Below are positions 36,407 through 45,166 of a stretch of DNA of 64,000 nt, one piece after another. The stretch covers positions 10,930 to 74,929 of the forward strand of contig JBHPFX010000002.1 in NCBI GenBank assembly GCA_042570925.1. The letters are read 5' to 3'. Numbering within the stretch: position 1 is the first letter of the stretch; every line of letters begins with the position of its first letter. A program made the translations under genes and the position numbers. Below the pieces are notes generated by a model that saw only the letters and a list, made by a program, of their open reading frames with translations, ran no database searches and was not told the origin of the DNA. The DNA is from Patescibacteria group bacterium (GTDB taxonomy: Bacteria; Patescibacteriota; Patescibacteriia; UBA10025).

Positions 36407-37318
36407 ATGAGCATGATCGAGTTTCAGCAATTAAACGACAGAGGCCTTATACTATTGCACCGGCCAGACTTCAACTATTTCAACACAGGAATGTGCAGTG
36501 AATTGGGAGCCCAACTCACAAGCTGCGCAACAATGGGATTAAAGGGACTGGTCATTGGTACACGGCTGAGGCACTGGAGTGTTGGTGCGGACATTGACGA
36601 ACACTTCCCGGGGCCGGATAACGTCGAAAGGATGCTCCCGGCGTTTCACTCACTGATTCGACGAATAGCTACGTTCCCGATCCCGATTATCGCAGCCATC
36701 AATGGCGCCGTAATGGGCGGAGGGTATGAAGTCGCGCGTGCTTGCCGGTGGGTCGTAGCGATTGATCCGGATCACACGAAGATCGCTCTTCCAGAAATAA
36801 CGCTGGCATGCTTCCCGCCCTTTGGGGTTGCGACCTTGCTACACATCACGGATGATCCTGATGTACGAAGGCAGATTCTTCGTTTCATCATGCTTGGGCA
36901 TGTACTGAAGTGCAAGGAGCCCGATGACCTTCGTCTGATAAAAGATGCTGGGCTCATCGATGACGTATCAGTCGCTTCGCTCAATGAATTCGCTTCTGGA
37001 TTCAATTTTGATCTTCTCAACAATATTCCCAACGTGAGCGATCGATGTAATAACCCGCTCGATGTTACCGTGGGATGGATCCAGGGTGTGCTTGCCGACG
37101 ATGGTGAGGCACTCAGGTCATTAAGCCGACATGCGCTTCTTACTACGTGCGATGCACTTGGTGCAGCTGCGGCCGCATCGAATTTCAACGATGCGCTCAG
37201 TACGGCAGAAACCGAGTACCTGAACCGCATCGTTCCGCATCCTGACTATACCGAGGGATTGACGGCTGCTGGGAGGGGCCGTATACCTGTTTGGAAAGCA
37301 TCCGGATTTCCCGGATAA
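36407..37318 (+). CDS. enoyl-CoA hydratase/isomerase (crotonase) family protein
   Basis: SVGADIDE, IIAAINGAVMGGGYEVARAC and LPEITLACFPPFG. GGGGAGGA SD. Confidence 0.65.
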   Translation: MSMIEFQQLNDRGLILLHRPDFNYFNTGMCSELGAQLTSCATMGLKGLVIGTRLRHWSVGADIDEHFPGPDNVERMLPAFHSLIRRIATFPIPIIAAINGAVMGGGYEVARACRWVVAIDPDHTKIALPEITLACFPPFGVATLLHITDDPDVRRQILRFIMLGHVLKCKEPDDLRLIKDAGLIDDVSVASLNEFASGFNFDLLNNIPNVSDRCNNPLDVTVGWIQGVLADDGEALRSLSRHALLTTCDALGAAAAASNFNDALSTAETEYLNRIVPHPDYTEGLTAAGRGRIPVWKASGFPG

Positions 37319-37342
37319 ACTACGTGCGTGAATAACGCATTC

Positions 37343-37382
37343 AACCCAGTAGCAGAGAGCGATCTCGCTACTGGGTTTTTAT
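37343..37382 (+). terminator. intrinsic terminator
   Basis: AACCCAGTAGC (37343-37353) pairs with GCTACTGGGTT (37367-37377), followed by a T-run. Confidence 0.75.
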
Positions 37383-37477
37383 TATGGGTTGACTCGGGTA
37401 TATAACGGGAGTAAGGTTATCTGTTATAATTTAATCAAATACAAAGGGAACTTTTCATTCATGCTGGGAGGCAGGAT

Positions 37478-37903
37478 ATGAAGCAGAAGGGGTTCTTCAT
37501 CGGGATGGGCGGATGTGTATCCGGCCTGTTGGCGTACCGGGGATTCAGTTTTTGTCTGTGGCTGTTAGATGTGCCACTCACATACGGAGTCTGGATCATC
37601 TTCGGAGTGATGACGGTAATTGCCGCGATCTACCTGTTCAAGACCGGCCCATTGCTCTATGTGGGTCAGCTTTTCTGGGCGACGTTCTTTTTAGCACCTT
37701 TGTCATATAAGGTGATTGGCGGCGCTGTGGGTTACTTCATTAAGTCTGGACCTGACACCGGGGGATTTGTACCACTGATAGCTTTTAGCTTGCGATTCGT
37801 CATTATGCAAATAGTGACACTCATCGTAATCGGTTGTATCGCTGGGTGGTACGACAAGAAGCAACTAATATCGGAATTGTCCAGAACAAGCAAGCTATGC
37901 TGA
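37478..37903 (+). CDS. membrane protein
   Basis: Four hydrophobic helices. GGGAGG SD. Confidence 0.5.
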   Translation: MKQKGFFIGMGGCVSGLLAYRGFSFCLWLLDVPLTYGVWIIFGVMTVIAAIYLFKTGPLLYVGQLFWATFFLAPLSYKVIGGAVGYFIKSGPDTGGFVPLIAFSLRFVIMQIVTLIVIGCIAGWYDKKQLISELSRTSKLC

Positions 37904-38021
37904 TCAGTAGGACGCACAATGATCGCTTTTGCCCGCCGGCTCTCATGAGTTCGGCGGGCGATTACTTGTATGTTGCATTTCAATATTTAGATGTATACTA
38001 TAACCGATTATTACCCTACCT

Positions 38022-39314
38022 ATGGAAAAAAAGAAATTTCTATTTGTATCCCAGAGTGCTCTCATCTCCGATATTGCTTGGCAAACGGTGCGTGAGGGCC
38101 ACGAGGTGAAATATGGCATTGATGACCCTAAGGAGAAAAGCGGGGGGGACGGATTTGTGCCAAAAGTTGCCGATTGGAGAAAAGAAGTAGACTGGGCTGA
38201 CGTCATCATTTTTGATGATGTGCTCGGGCAAGGTCGGGAAGCTGAACGCTTGAGAAAAAAAGGAAAAAGAGTTGTTGGAGGGACGGCCTATACCGACCGT
38301 CTTGAAGATGAAAGATCATTTGGACAGGAAGAACTTAAAAAAAACGGCGTCAACATATTATCATACAAAGAATTTACTGATTTTGATGAAGCAATAGAGT
38401 TTGTAAAGCAAAAACCCGACGAATATGTTGTGAAACCGAGTGGTGAAGCACAAAACATGAAAAACTTGCTTTTTGTCGGAATGGAAAAAGACGGTGCGGA
38501 TGTAATTAGGGTGCTGGAAGCGTACCGGCGTGTGTGGGCGCAGAAAATCAAAGTATTTCAACTTCAGCGAAAAATGACTGGTGTTGAAGTGGCGGTCGGG
38601 GCATTTTTTAATGGAAAGGAATTCGTGTACCCGATAAATATTAATTTTGAACATAAGAAGCTTTTCCCCAGCAATATTGGCCCTTCAACGGGAGAAATGG
38701 GGACAAGTATGTTTTGGTCGGGCCCCAATAAACTCTTTAACAGCACGCTAAAGAAGCTTGAGAAAAAATTGGCAGAGGAGGGGTATGTTGGATATATAGA
38801 TCTCAACTGCATTGTAAACGGATATGGGATATACCCCCTTGAATTCACCGCGCGGTTTGGGTATCCGACAATCAGTATTCAGCAGGACAGTATGGTAACA
38901 ATGATCGGAGAATTCCTGTATTTGTTGGGATCCGGTGAATTACAGCATTTCAAAGTGAAAAAAGGATTTCATGTCGGCGTTCGATTGGTCGTTCCACCGT
39001 ATCCTTATCAGGACACAAATACTTTTGATGTATATTCAAAAGGTGCGATTGTTGTTTTTAAGGGAAAAAATATTGAAGGTATCCACATTGAAGACGTAAA
39101 ACTTGTTAACGGTGAATGGATTCTCACAGGCTCAGCGGGTGTTGCGCTCATCGTTGTGGGATCAGGACTTACCATGAAGCAGGCTCGCGACCAGGTGTAT
39201 AATCGCATTAAAAACATACTTATTCCCAATATGTATTACCGAACTGACATCGGTGAACGATGGTTAGAAGACAGCGATAAACTTCATAGCTGGGGATATC
39301 TTAGAGAGAATTAA
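38022..39314 (+). CDS. PurD-like ATP-grasp protein
   Basis: VVKPSGEAQ, FEHKKLFPSNIGPSTGEMGT and GYIDLNCIV...LEFTARFGYP parallel the PurD motifs. Divergent. Confidence 0.55.
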   Translation: MEKKKFLFVSQSALISDIAWQTVREGHEVKYGIDDPKEKSGGDGFVPKVADWRKEVDWADVIIFDDVLGQGREAERLRKKGKRVVGGTAYTDRLEDERSFGQEELKKNGVNILSYKEFTDFDEAIEFVKQKPDEYVVKPSGEAQNMKNLLFVGMEKDGADVIRVLEAYRRVWAQKIKVFQLQRKMTGVEVAVGAFFNGKEFVYPININFEHKKLFPSNIGPSTGEMGTSMFWSGPNKLFNSTLKKLEKKLAEEGYVGYIDLNCIVNGYGIYPLEFTARFGYPTISIQQDSMVTMIGEFLYLLGSGELQHFKVKKGFHVGVRLVVPPYPYQDTNTFDVYSKGAIVVFKGKNIEGIHIEDVKLVNGEWILTGSAGVALIVVGSGLTMKQARDQVYNRIKNILIPNMYYRTDIGERWLEDSDKLHSWGYLREN

Positions 39315-39420
39315 CAAATTGTCTCCGATATATACTGGTGCAAGAATCAGAGTATTTTGTATCTCTTATTATCGCCTAATGAAAGAAATGATGCTACGGT
39401 GTTGTATTATATAACGTACT

Positions 39421-39987
39421 ATGGATCCGAAGAATCTGAGTGACGAGGAGCTTGTGAAACGCGTTCAGTCAGATGATCAGGAGCTCTATCGCAATATTAT
39501 TGAAAGATACGAGAAAAAACTTCGCAGGTATGCGATGACGTTTGTGCGTGATGCTGATATAGCGGATGATGTTCTTCAAAATTCCTTCATCAAAGCGTTT
39601 ATTAATCTACGAGGATTTAATACAAAAAAGAAATTTTCAAGCTGGATATATCGGATTGTTCATAATGAAGCTTTAAATGAAATTAAAAAGCACAAAAAAG
39701 AATTACGACTCGAAGACGTAGTGGAGTATAAAGATATTCTCTCGAAGGATATTGATATTGCTGAGGAAGTGGATAAGAATAAAGCAAAAGAAATGCTTGA
39801 CGAGTGCTTGGTAAAATTGCCAATAACATATAGAGAACCACTGGTCCTTTTTTACCTTGAGGAACGATCGTACAACGAGATTAGCGATATTTTGCGAATG
39901 CCCATCGGAACAGTCGGAACGAGAATTAAACGCGGGCTCGTAATTTTAAATAAAATTTTTACAAAAATGCCTTCTAAAAACGTATGA
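39421..39987 (+). CDS. ECF-type RNA polymerase sigma factor
   Basis: Region 2 (FSSWIYRIVHNEALNEIKK) and region 4 HTH (SYNEISDILRMPIGTVGTRIKRG). Confidence 0.85.
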   Translation: MDPKNLSDEELVKRVQSDDQELYRNIIERYEKKLRRYAMTFVRDADIADDVLQNSFIKAFINLRGFNTKKKFSSWIYRIVHNEALNEIKKHKKELRLEDVVEYKDILSKDIDIAEEVDKNKAKEMLDECLVKLPITYREPLVLFYLEERSYNEISDILRMPIGTVGTRIKRGLVILNKIFTKMPSKNV

Positions 39988-40739
39988 CCGAAAAGAAATC
40001 ACTAGCTGATACTATAGACGAATCGATTAAGCAACATAAAATTTCTATGCGGCCGAAAGCGTTTTTTATTGTCGGATCAGTCGCTTTTGGCATCGGGCTC
40101 GCAGCATCGGCGCTCGTGACAATATTCTTTGTTGGCGTAATAACGTTTCGTATGCGTGTTCATACGCCGTTTGAATTCTTAGGTGCTGGCGGTCGCGGAT
40201 ATGAGGCATTTATTGCTAATATTCCATGGATACCTTTATTGATCGCGATTGTAGGAATTTCTGTGGGAATTATTCTTATTAAAAAATATGATTTCAGCTA
40301 CAAACGCGCTTTTGTTGGAGTTGTCGCTGGTTTTGTAGTGACGCTCGTTGCTTGTGGATTCTTTGCGGATGCGGTAGGAATTCCAGAGCGGGCTGATTCA
40401 TTTGGTCCTTTAAAACCCTTTACGCAACAAAAATATTCCAACGGTCAGTGGGCGATCGGAACGGTGCAGGATATTTCAGATAGTCGTTTGATTCTTAAAG
40501 CTCCTAGAGGGGAAATGATCGTTGTAGAGATAGATAATGAAACGGTTATTAAACCACAGAAGAATATTCAAGAGGGCGAATGGATAAAAGTTATTGGAGA
40601 AATGAAGGATGATATTTTCTATGCTGATCATATTATGCATGGAGTACCGCCCAGAGGTGCGAAGCATTTTATGCAGCAGCCACCCTCACCCTGCTTTTCA
40701 TCACCTTGTAATGAAAGAATGCCTCCCCCTGTATTGTAG
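39984..40739 (+). CDS. putative membrane anti-sigma factor
   Basis: ATGA overlap with the sigma gene and four TM helices. Role inferred from position only. Confidence 0.45.
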   Translation: MTEKKSLADTIDESIKQHKISMRPKAFFIVGSVAFGIGLAASALVTIFFVGVITFRMRVHTPFEFLGAGGRGYEAFIANIPWIPLLIAIVGISVGIILIKKYDFSYKRAFVGVVAGFVVTLVACGFFADAVGIPERADSFGPLKPFTQQKYSNGQWAIGTVQDISDSRLILKAPRGEMIVVEIDNETVIKPQKNIQEGEWIKVIGEMKDDIFYADHIMHGVPPRGAKHFMQQPPSPCFSSPCNERMPPPVL

Positions 40740-40768
40740 TACAAGCAGAAAGGGGGTGATAACATATT

Positions 40769-41293
40769 ATGAACAATAAAACACTTTTCGCCATCGTAGC
40801 CATAGCAGGGGTCATCGGGGCCACTGCACTGGTCACAACAGCTGTATCCGCGTTTGGGCCGTTTGGCACCAAAGCGCTCGAGGATAAAGCTGAAGTCATA
40901 GGATTGAGCGTTGAAGAACTTGAAACACAACTTGAGGATAAGACTTTCCCTCAAATACTGGATGAACAGGGAATATCTCATACCCAGCTTTTTGAGCATC
41001 GACAAGGTCAGATGCTTGAAAGAAAGGCGGAACTTCTTGGGATGACGATAGAAGAGCTTGAAACACAGCTCGAAGAAAAGCCATTCCATGAAATCCTTGA
41101 TGAGCATGGAATAACACATGAGCAATTCTCTCAGGATCGTCATGAACAGATGCAAGCTCAAATGACCGATCATCTTCAGTCATTAGTTGACGAAGGTACG
41201 ATTACCGAGGAGCAAATGCAGAAAAAGTTGGGCTTCATGGGTGACAAGGGTCCAATGCACGGCGGAGGTCTTCGTGGTCATATGTTCAAATAA
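40769..41293 (+). CDS. secreted protein with a tandem ~41-aa helical repeat
   Basis: Signal peptide. The unit EELETQLE(D/E)K.F..ILDE.GI.H.Q.. occurs twice. Confidence 0.55.
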   Translation: MNNKTLFAIVAIAGVIGATALVTTAVSAFGPFGTKALEDKAEVIGLSVEELETQLEDKTFPQILDEQGISHTQLFEHRQGQMLERKAELLGMTIEELETQLEEKPFHEILDEHGITHEQFSQDRHEQMQAQMTDHLQSLVDEGTITEEQMQKKLGFMGDKGPMHGGGLRGHMFK

Positions 41294-41396
41294 CGAACGA
41301 CGAAAGGTGAACAGATAAAAGCTGTTGCGCACTCGAGAGCAATGGCTTTTTGATTTTTTGACTTAGTTTATCCCGCGGAGTATCATAGAAGTAGTA

Positions 41397-41825
41397 ATGG
41401 GTACTAATAATAACAAACTAACTCCTATCCGCCTCGTTGGCGGTGTTGTAGTATGTGATAACGGAAAATTTTTACTCGTTCAAGAAAAGCAAAAAGATGT
41501 ATATGGAAAATGGAATGTGCCTGCCGGAGAGGTTGAAAAAGGGGACAACCCTGAGGAGACAGCGATAAGAGAAGCAAAAGAGGAAACAGGGTATGATGTT
41601 GAGCTTCAATATCTTATCAAAGTGTGCTATAAGATGGGGAACAGGGCGGCAAAATTTATTTATAAAGCAAAGATCATTGGCGGAGCAGTCGCTATTCGCA
41701 AAAACGAAATTCTGGACGTACAGTGGTTTACATTGGATGAAATGCGCGCAATGAAAGACCAACTACGAAGACCATGGGTTCTCACCGTTGCAGAAATAGC
41801 TGCGGATGCGTGTAAATGTAAATAA
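41397..41825 (+). CDS. NUDIX hydrolase
   Basis: Nudix box GEVEKGDNPEETAIREAKEETGY. Confidence 0.85.
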   Translation: MGTNNNKLTPIRLVGGVVVCDNGKFLLVQEKQKDVYGKWNVPAGEVEKGDNPEETAIREAKEETGYDVELQYLIKVCYKMGNRAAKFIYKAKIIGGAVAIRKNEILDVQWFTLDEMRAMKDQLRRPWVLTVAEIAADACKCK

Positions 41826-41837
41826 TATGACATAGCT

Positions 41838-42326
41838 ATGGAAACGTTTCCGTATATCATCGCCGGCATTGGCGTTATTCTTGCGGGAGCTGGGGTTTTT
41901 TATGTTAGGAATTTCCTTGAAAAAAAGGATGAAACGATTGGTACTCCGGAAAAGAAAGAGGATTCTATCGGTACGATGAAAAAACCTTGGGAGCAGCCTT
42001 CACAGCCCGCATCTCAGGGATATCAATTTACTCCTGATCAAAAACGTAATGCAATTATCATTGCTATTATAGCTTTTGTGATTATTTCTATTATCGGTGT
42101 TACGTATTACAATCAAGCTACACTCCGATCTGATTCGTCTCAGGACTTTTGGAGTGTACTATCAGTATTTCCTTTTTGGGTCATTGTACTTATACCAATT
42201 CTTGCTTCACGAAAAAAGAAACAGGGAAGACAACCCACACAGCGGCAGAATCTCCGTGCAGCGATAATTATTGGCGGTGCAGTATTATTGATACTCGGTA
42301 TCGTTGTTTTTTGGGTAAGCCAATAA
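41838..42326 (+). CDS. membrane protein
   Basis: Four TM helices and a charged loop. Confidence 0.5.
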   Translation: METFPYIIAGIGVILAGAGVFYVRNFLEKKDETIGTPEKKEDSIGTMKKPWEQPSQPASQGYQFTPDQKRNAIIIAIIAFVIISIIGVTYYNQATLRSDSSQDFWSVLSVFPFWVIVLIPILASRKKKQGRQPTQRQNLRAAIIIGGAVLLILGIVVFWVSQ

Positions 42327-42392
42327 AAAAAAGACCCTTTTGGATTGCTCCACGGCATATGGGTCGGAAGCCGTTGATCGGGGTGAACCGAC

Positions 42393-42716
42393 TTATTGCG
42401 GAAAAGGCTCGAGGTCGATGTGAGCTGGAACAGTTACACCGGGTTTGACACATACGGTGCCGTACCAGTCCGCGTACCCGTCCTTGCGGAGGAGTAACAT
42501 ATATCTACCGGGTTCAATCTCGGTAAATGTGTGCGGGGTGACTTCCTCAGTGTTGTTGTAATTCCAGCCGATTTGAGCACCATCAGGAGTGGTAGTGACT
42601 ACGACTGAGCCGAGTGCAGGCTCAGGTTCTACAGGCGTCCTTTCCTGACCGCAACCAGCGATCATAATAGTCACGAAGACCATGACCAGCATTAGTGGCA
42701 GGTGCCAATTTCTCAT
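42393..42716 (-). CDS. PEGA-domain lipoprotein
   Basis: Lipobox IAGC after the signal peptide. PDGAQI...PG.Y...L.K.GY..W pattern. Confidence 0.6.
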   Translation of the reverse strand: MRNWHLPLMLVMVFVTIMIAGCGQERTPVEPEPALGSVVVTTTPDGAQIGWNYNNTEEVTPHTFTEIEPGRYMLLLRKDGYADWYGTVCVKPGVTVPAHIDLEPFPQ

Positions 42717-42819
42717 GTGAACCTCCCCGGGTTCTTTTTGTTGTCAATCGTTATTTTCTGTTTTGTATCGTGTCACTATATTCACTTAATCAAGATTTGT
42801 CAAGAGCTGCAACATCTCG

Positions 42820-43127
42820 TTGATTTAATTCATACACGAGAATATACTTAACGAGCCCAGTCACTAAGGCCGGGTATCGCACCTTCACCCTCAACAGGAG
42901 ACATTCTTATGAAACGAATGTCGGGTATCGTCATCGCCTAACCCAACCCGTCGCTAACCGCATATTTGTGGTCTGTGCGCTATGAATATAGCGGGATGCA
43001 AAGGCAATGGTCCGCAATGACGGATCTCACGAGCGGAGGTGGATGACGATCGATGTAGTATTTCCGCATGCACAGAAGGCCTTTGTCCCGTGATTAGAAC
43101 GTTAGATCACGGGACATATTTATTATT
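42820..43127 (+). ncRNA. candidate small transcript (promoter to terminator), function unknown
   Basis: TTGATT (42820-42825), 17-nt spacer, TATACT (42843-42848). Terminator GTCCCGTGAT/ATCACGGGAC at 43085-43115 plus a T-rich tail. Contains only a 10-codon ORF with an AGGAGA SD (ATG 42909). Confidence 0.35.
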
Positions 43128-43173
43128 CACCCGCAGTAAGGTATACTGTATTCAAAGCTTTAATACGAACACT

Positions 43174-43947
43174 ATGCCAAATGAAGTTGAGACCCCAAAG
43201 CCACGTGAGCAGGAGGAGGCTGAAATACTGAAACCAAAAGAACAAGATACAGAAATTCACAAACCAAAAAAGAAAAAGCATCCTTTTCGAACTTTTCTCA
43301 TCGTTTTAGTGATTATTATTGTGGTACTTATTCTTGGATTAGCGGCAACAGGATTATATAATGTTCCTGGAATATCCGCTGCATTTGGTTTTAATGAACC
43401 AAAGGATTTAGGAGTAGAAACAAGTACACAAGCTTTGGCGAGTCTAAAAGAAAAGATTCCAATGACCATTACGGGAGAAAAGACGGATTTTTCTTCAGGA
43501 ACAGATATATTTTCTGGAGAAATTGCTGTCGACACCACGATCACTGCCGAGGAAGCCTCTTCGTGGCTCCAACGTCATCAGCGGCCTGATCCAATTATTT
43601 CTCAATTAACCATTCGTCAAATGGAGGGAGGTATGGAGATCTCAGGAATGGTAAACCAATATATCAAAGCACCTGTCTACGCAAAAGTAATGATAAACTT
43701 GGTTGATACGAATACAATTGATCTTAATATACAGGAAGGAAAACTGGGAATGTTTTCAGTTCCAGATAGATATTTAGTTGAAGCTGAAGAGTTGCTCGAG
43801 GATAAAGTGAATTCATTAATCAACAACATTCCGGGATTCAGCATCGAAACATACGAACTGCATGATGGATACTCTAACTTTAAGGGGACATTTCCAGAAA
43901 ATGTGAAACCTTCTCCGCTTGGGTGGAGTGATCTGCTGAATTATTAA
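43174..43947 (+). CDS. membrane-anchored protein with a Lys/Glu/Pro-rich N-terminus
   Basis: ATG 43174 follows the GGTATACT promoter. ORF-track start 43039 lies inside the upstream terminator region. Confidence 0.5.
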   Translation: MPNEVETPKPREQEEAEILKPKEQDTEIHKPKKKKHPFRTFLIVLVIIIVVLILGLAATGLYNVPGISAAFGFNEPKDLGVETSTQALASLKEKIPMTITGEKTDFSSGTDIFSGEIAVDTTITAEEASSWLQRHQRPDPIISQLTIRQMEGGMEISGMVNQYIKAPVYAKVMINLVDTNTIDLNIQEGKLGMFSVPDRYLVEAEELLEDKVNSLINNIPGFSIETYELHDGYSNFKGTFPENVKPSPLGWSDLLNY

Positions 43948-43957
43948 TTCAGGAACG

Positions 43958-44512
43958 ATGGATCTTTCAACATTTGGACTTGGCACGACAGGATTATCAA
44001 GTTCAATCATTACCGCACAGCTGATTTTACAGTTTAGTTCGCTCATTGCCGTCATTGTATTTATTGTTGGATTTATAATGGCTCGCATATGGAATGCTCG
44101 TCTCATGAAATTCGAAGTAGAAAAAGGGATCAAGCACCCAGATGGTAAGCTCGGAGCATTTCAGCGGCAGGTCAGAATTGCTGAAGTGGCAATTATTTTC
44201 TCAGTAATTTTTCTCATATTAGGTTTTTTTCTGGCGTTCATCAAGGCCATTTTATTCGTCGTATTCTTTTTTATTGGGATCATCTTGTTCATCATCAATA
44301 TATTAACGAGACGACGACTCAAGAAAACAATGGACACTATAGATGTGAGTAAGCTGTCTTCAGACGATATGAACAGAAGAACAATAATTAAAAAAAAGAT
44401 ATCTTTCTATACGACAATTGCCACCCTTGGTATTATGGGAACCCTGATACTACTTGTCGTAGCGGCAATCACGCTATTTGTCGTCGATATCCCTGAATTA
44501 GAATTAACATAA
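43958..44512 (+). CDS. membrane protein
   Basis: Four hydrophobic helices. Confidence 0.5.
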   Translation: MDLSTFGLGTTGLSSSIITAQLILQFSSLIAVIVFIVGFIMARIWNARLMKFEVEKGIKHPDGKLGAFQRQVRIAEVAIIFSVIFLILGFFLAFIKAILFVVFFFIGIILFIINILTRRRLKKTMDTIDVSKLSSDDMNRRTIIKKKISFYTTIATLGIMGTLILLVVAAITLFVVDIPELELT

Positions 44513-44517
44513 CACGC

Positions 44518-45147
44518 ATGAAACCACAAAAGACATTTACAGCCAAAAGAATTATTCCTGCATTATTAGTGGTGGGAATTGCAGTATATATATTTTTTGC
44601 CGCTGATTTGCCACTAACCTCTGTGCCGAATGATAATAGTAATGACAATACTACTACGACCGCAAATACAACTGGAGCAAGTGGAGGCTCGACTGCAATG
44701 ACATTCGATGAGTGTGTTGCAGAGCAAGGCGTGGGAGGAGGTACTATTGTGCAGGAAAGTTATCCAAGAAAGTGCGTAACACCCGATGGTGAGACATTTA
44801 CCGAAGATATTGGCAACGAGCTCGAAAAAACTGATCAGATTCGCATAACGAGTCCAAGGCCGAATGACACAGTGAACAGCCCGTTGACGATCGAAGGCGA
44901 GGCTTTGGGGCTGTGGTTTTTTGAAGGGTCGTTTCCAATAACTATTCTAGATGCAAATGGAGAAACACTGGGAAGTACCGTTGGTCAAGCAGAGGGTAAT
45001 TGGATGAGTGAAAACTTTGTGTCATTCACTGCAGAAATTACATTTACACGTCCGGAAACTGAAAAAGGAACGCTCATACTAAGCAAAGACAACCCTTCAG
45101 GATTAAATGAAAATTCAGACGAACTACGTGTGCCAGTTGACTTTTAA
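44518..45147 (+). CDS. secreted protein with a Gmad2-type Ig-like domain
   Basis: TM/signal. IRITSPRPNDTVNSPLTIEGEA...FEGSFPITILDANGE... Confidence 0.55.
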   Translation: MKPQKTFTAKRIIPALLVVGIAVYIFFAADLPLTSVPNDNSNDNTTTTANTTGASGGSTAMTFDECVAEQGVGGGTIVQESYPRKCVTPDGETFTEDIGNELEKTDQIRITSPRPNDTVNSPLTIEGEALGLWFFEGSFPITILDANGETLGSTVGQAEGNWMSENFVSFTAEITFTRPETEKGTLILSKDNPSGLNENSDELRVPVDF

Positions 45148-45166
45148 ACAATTCAGCAAAAAGCGT

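Noticed and set aside
43039-43173. GTG 43039 as the start of the 302-aa ORF
   Set aside because: The first 45 codons run through a 10-bp-stem terminator and precede a GGTATACT promoter. ATG 43174 gives a sensible N-terminus.
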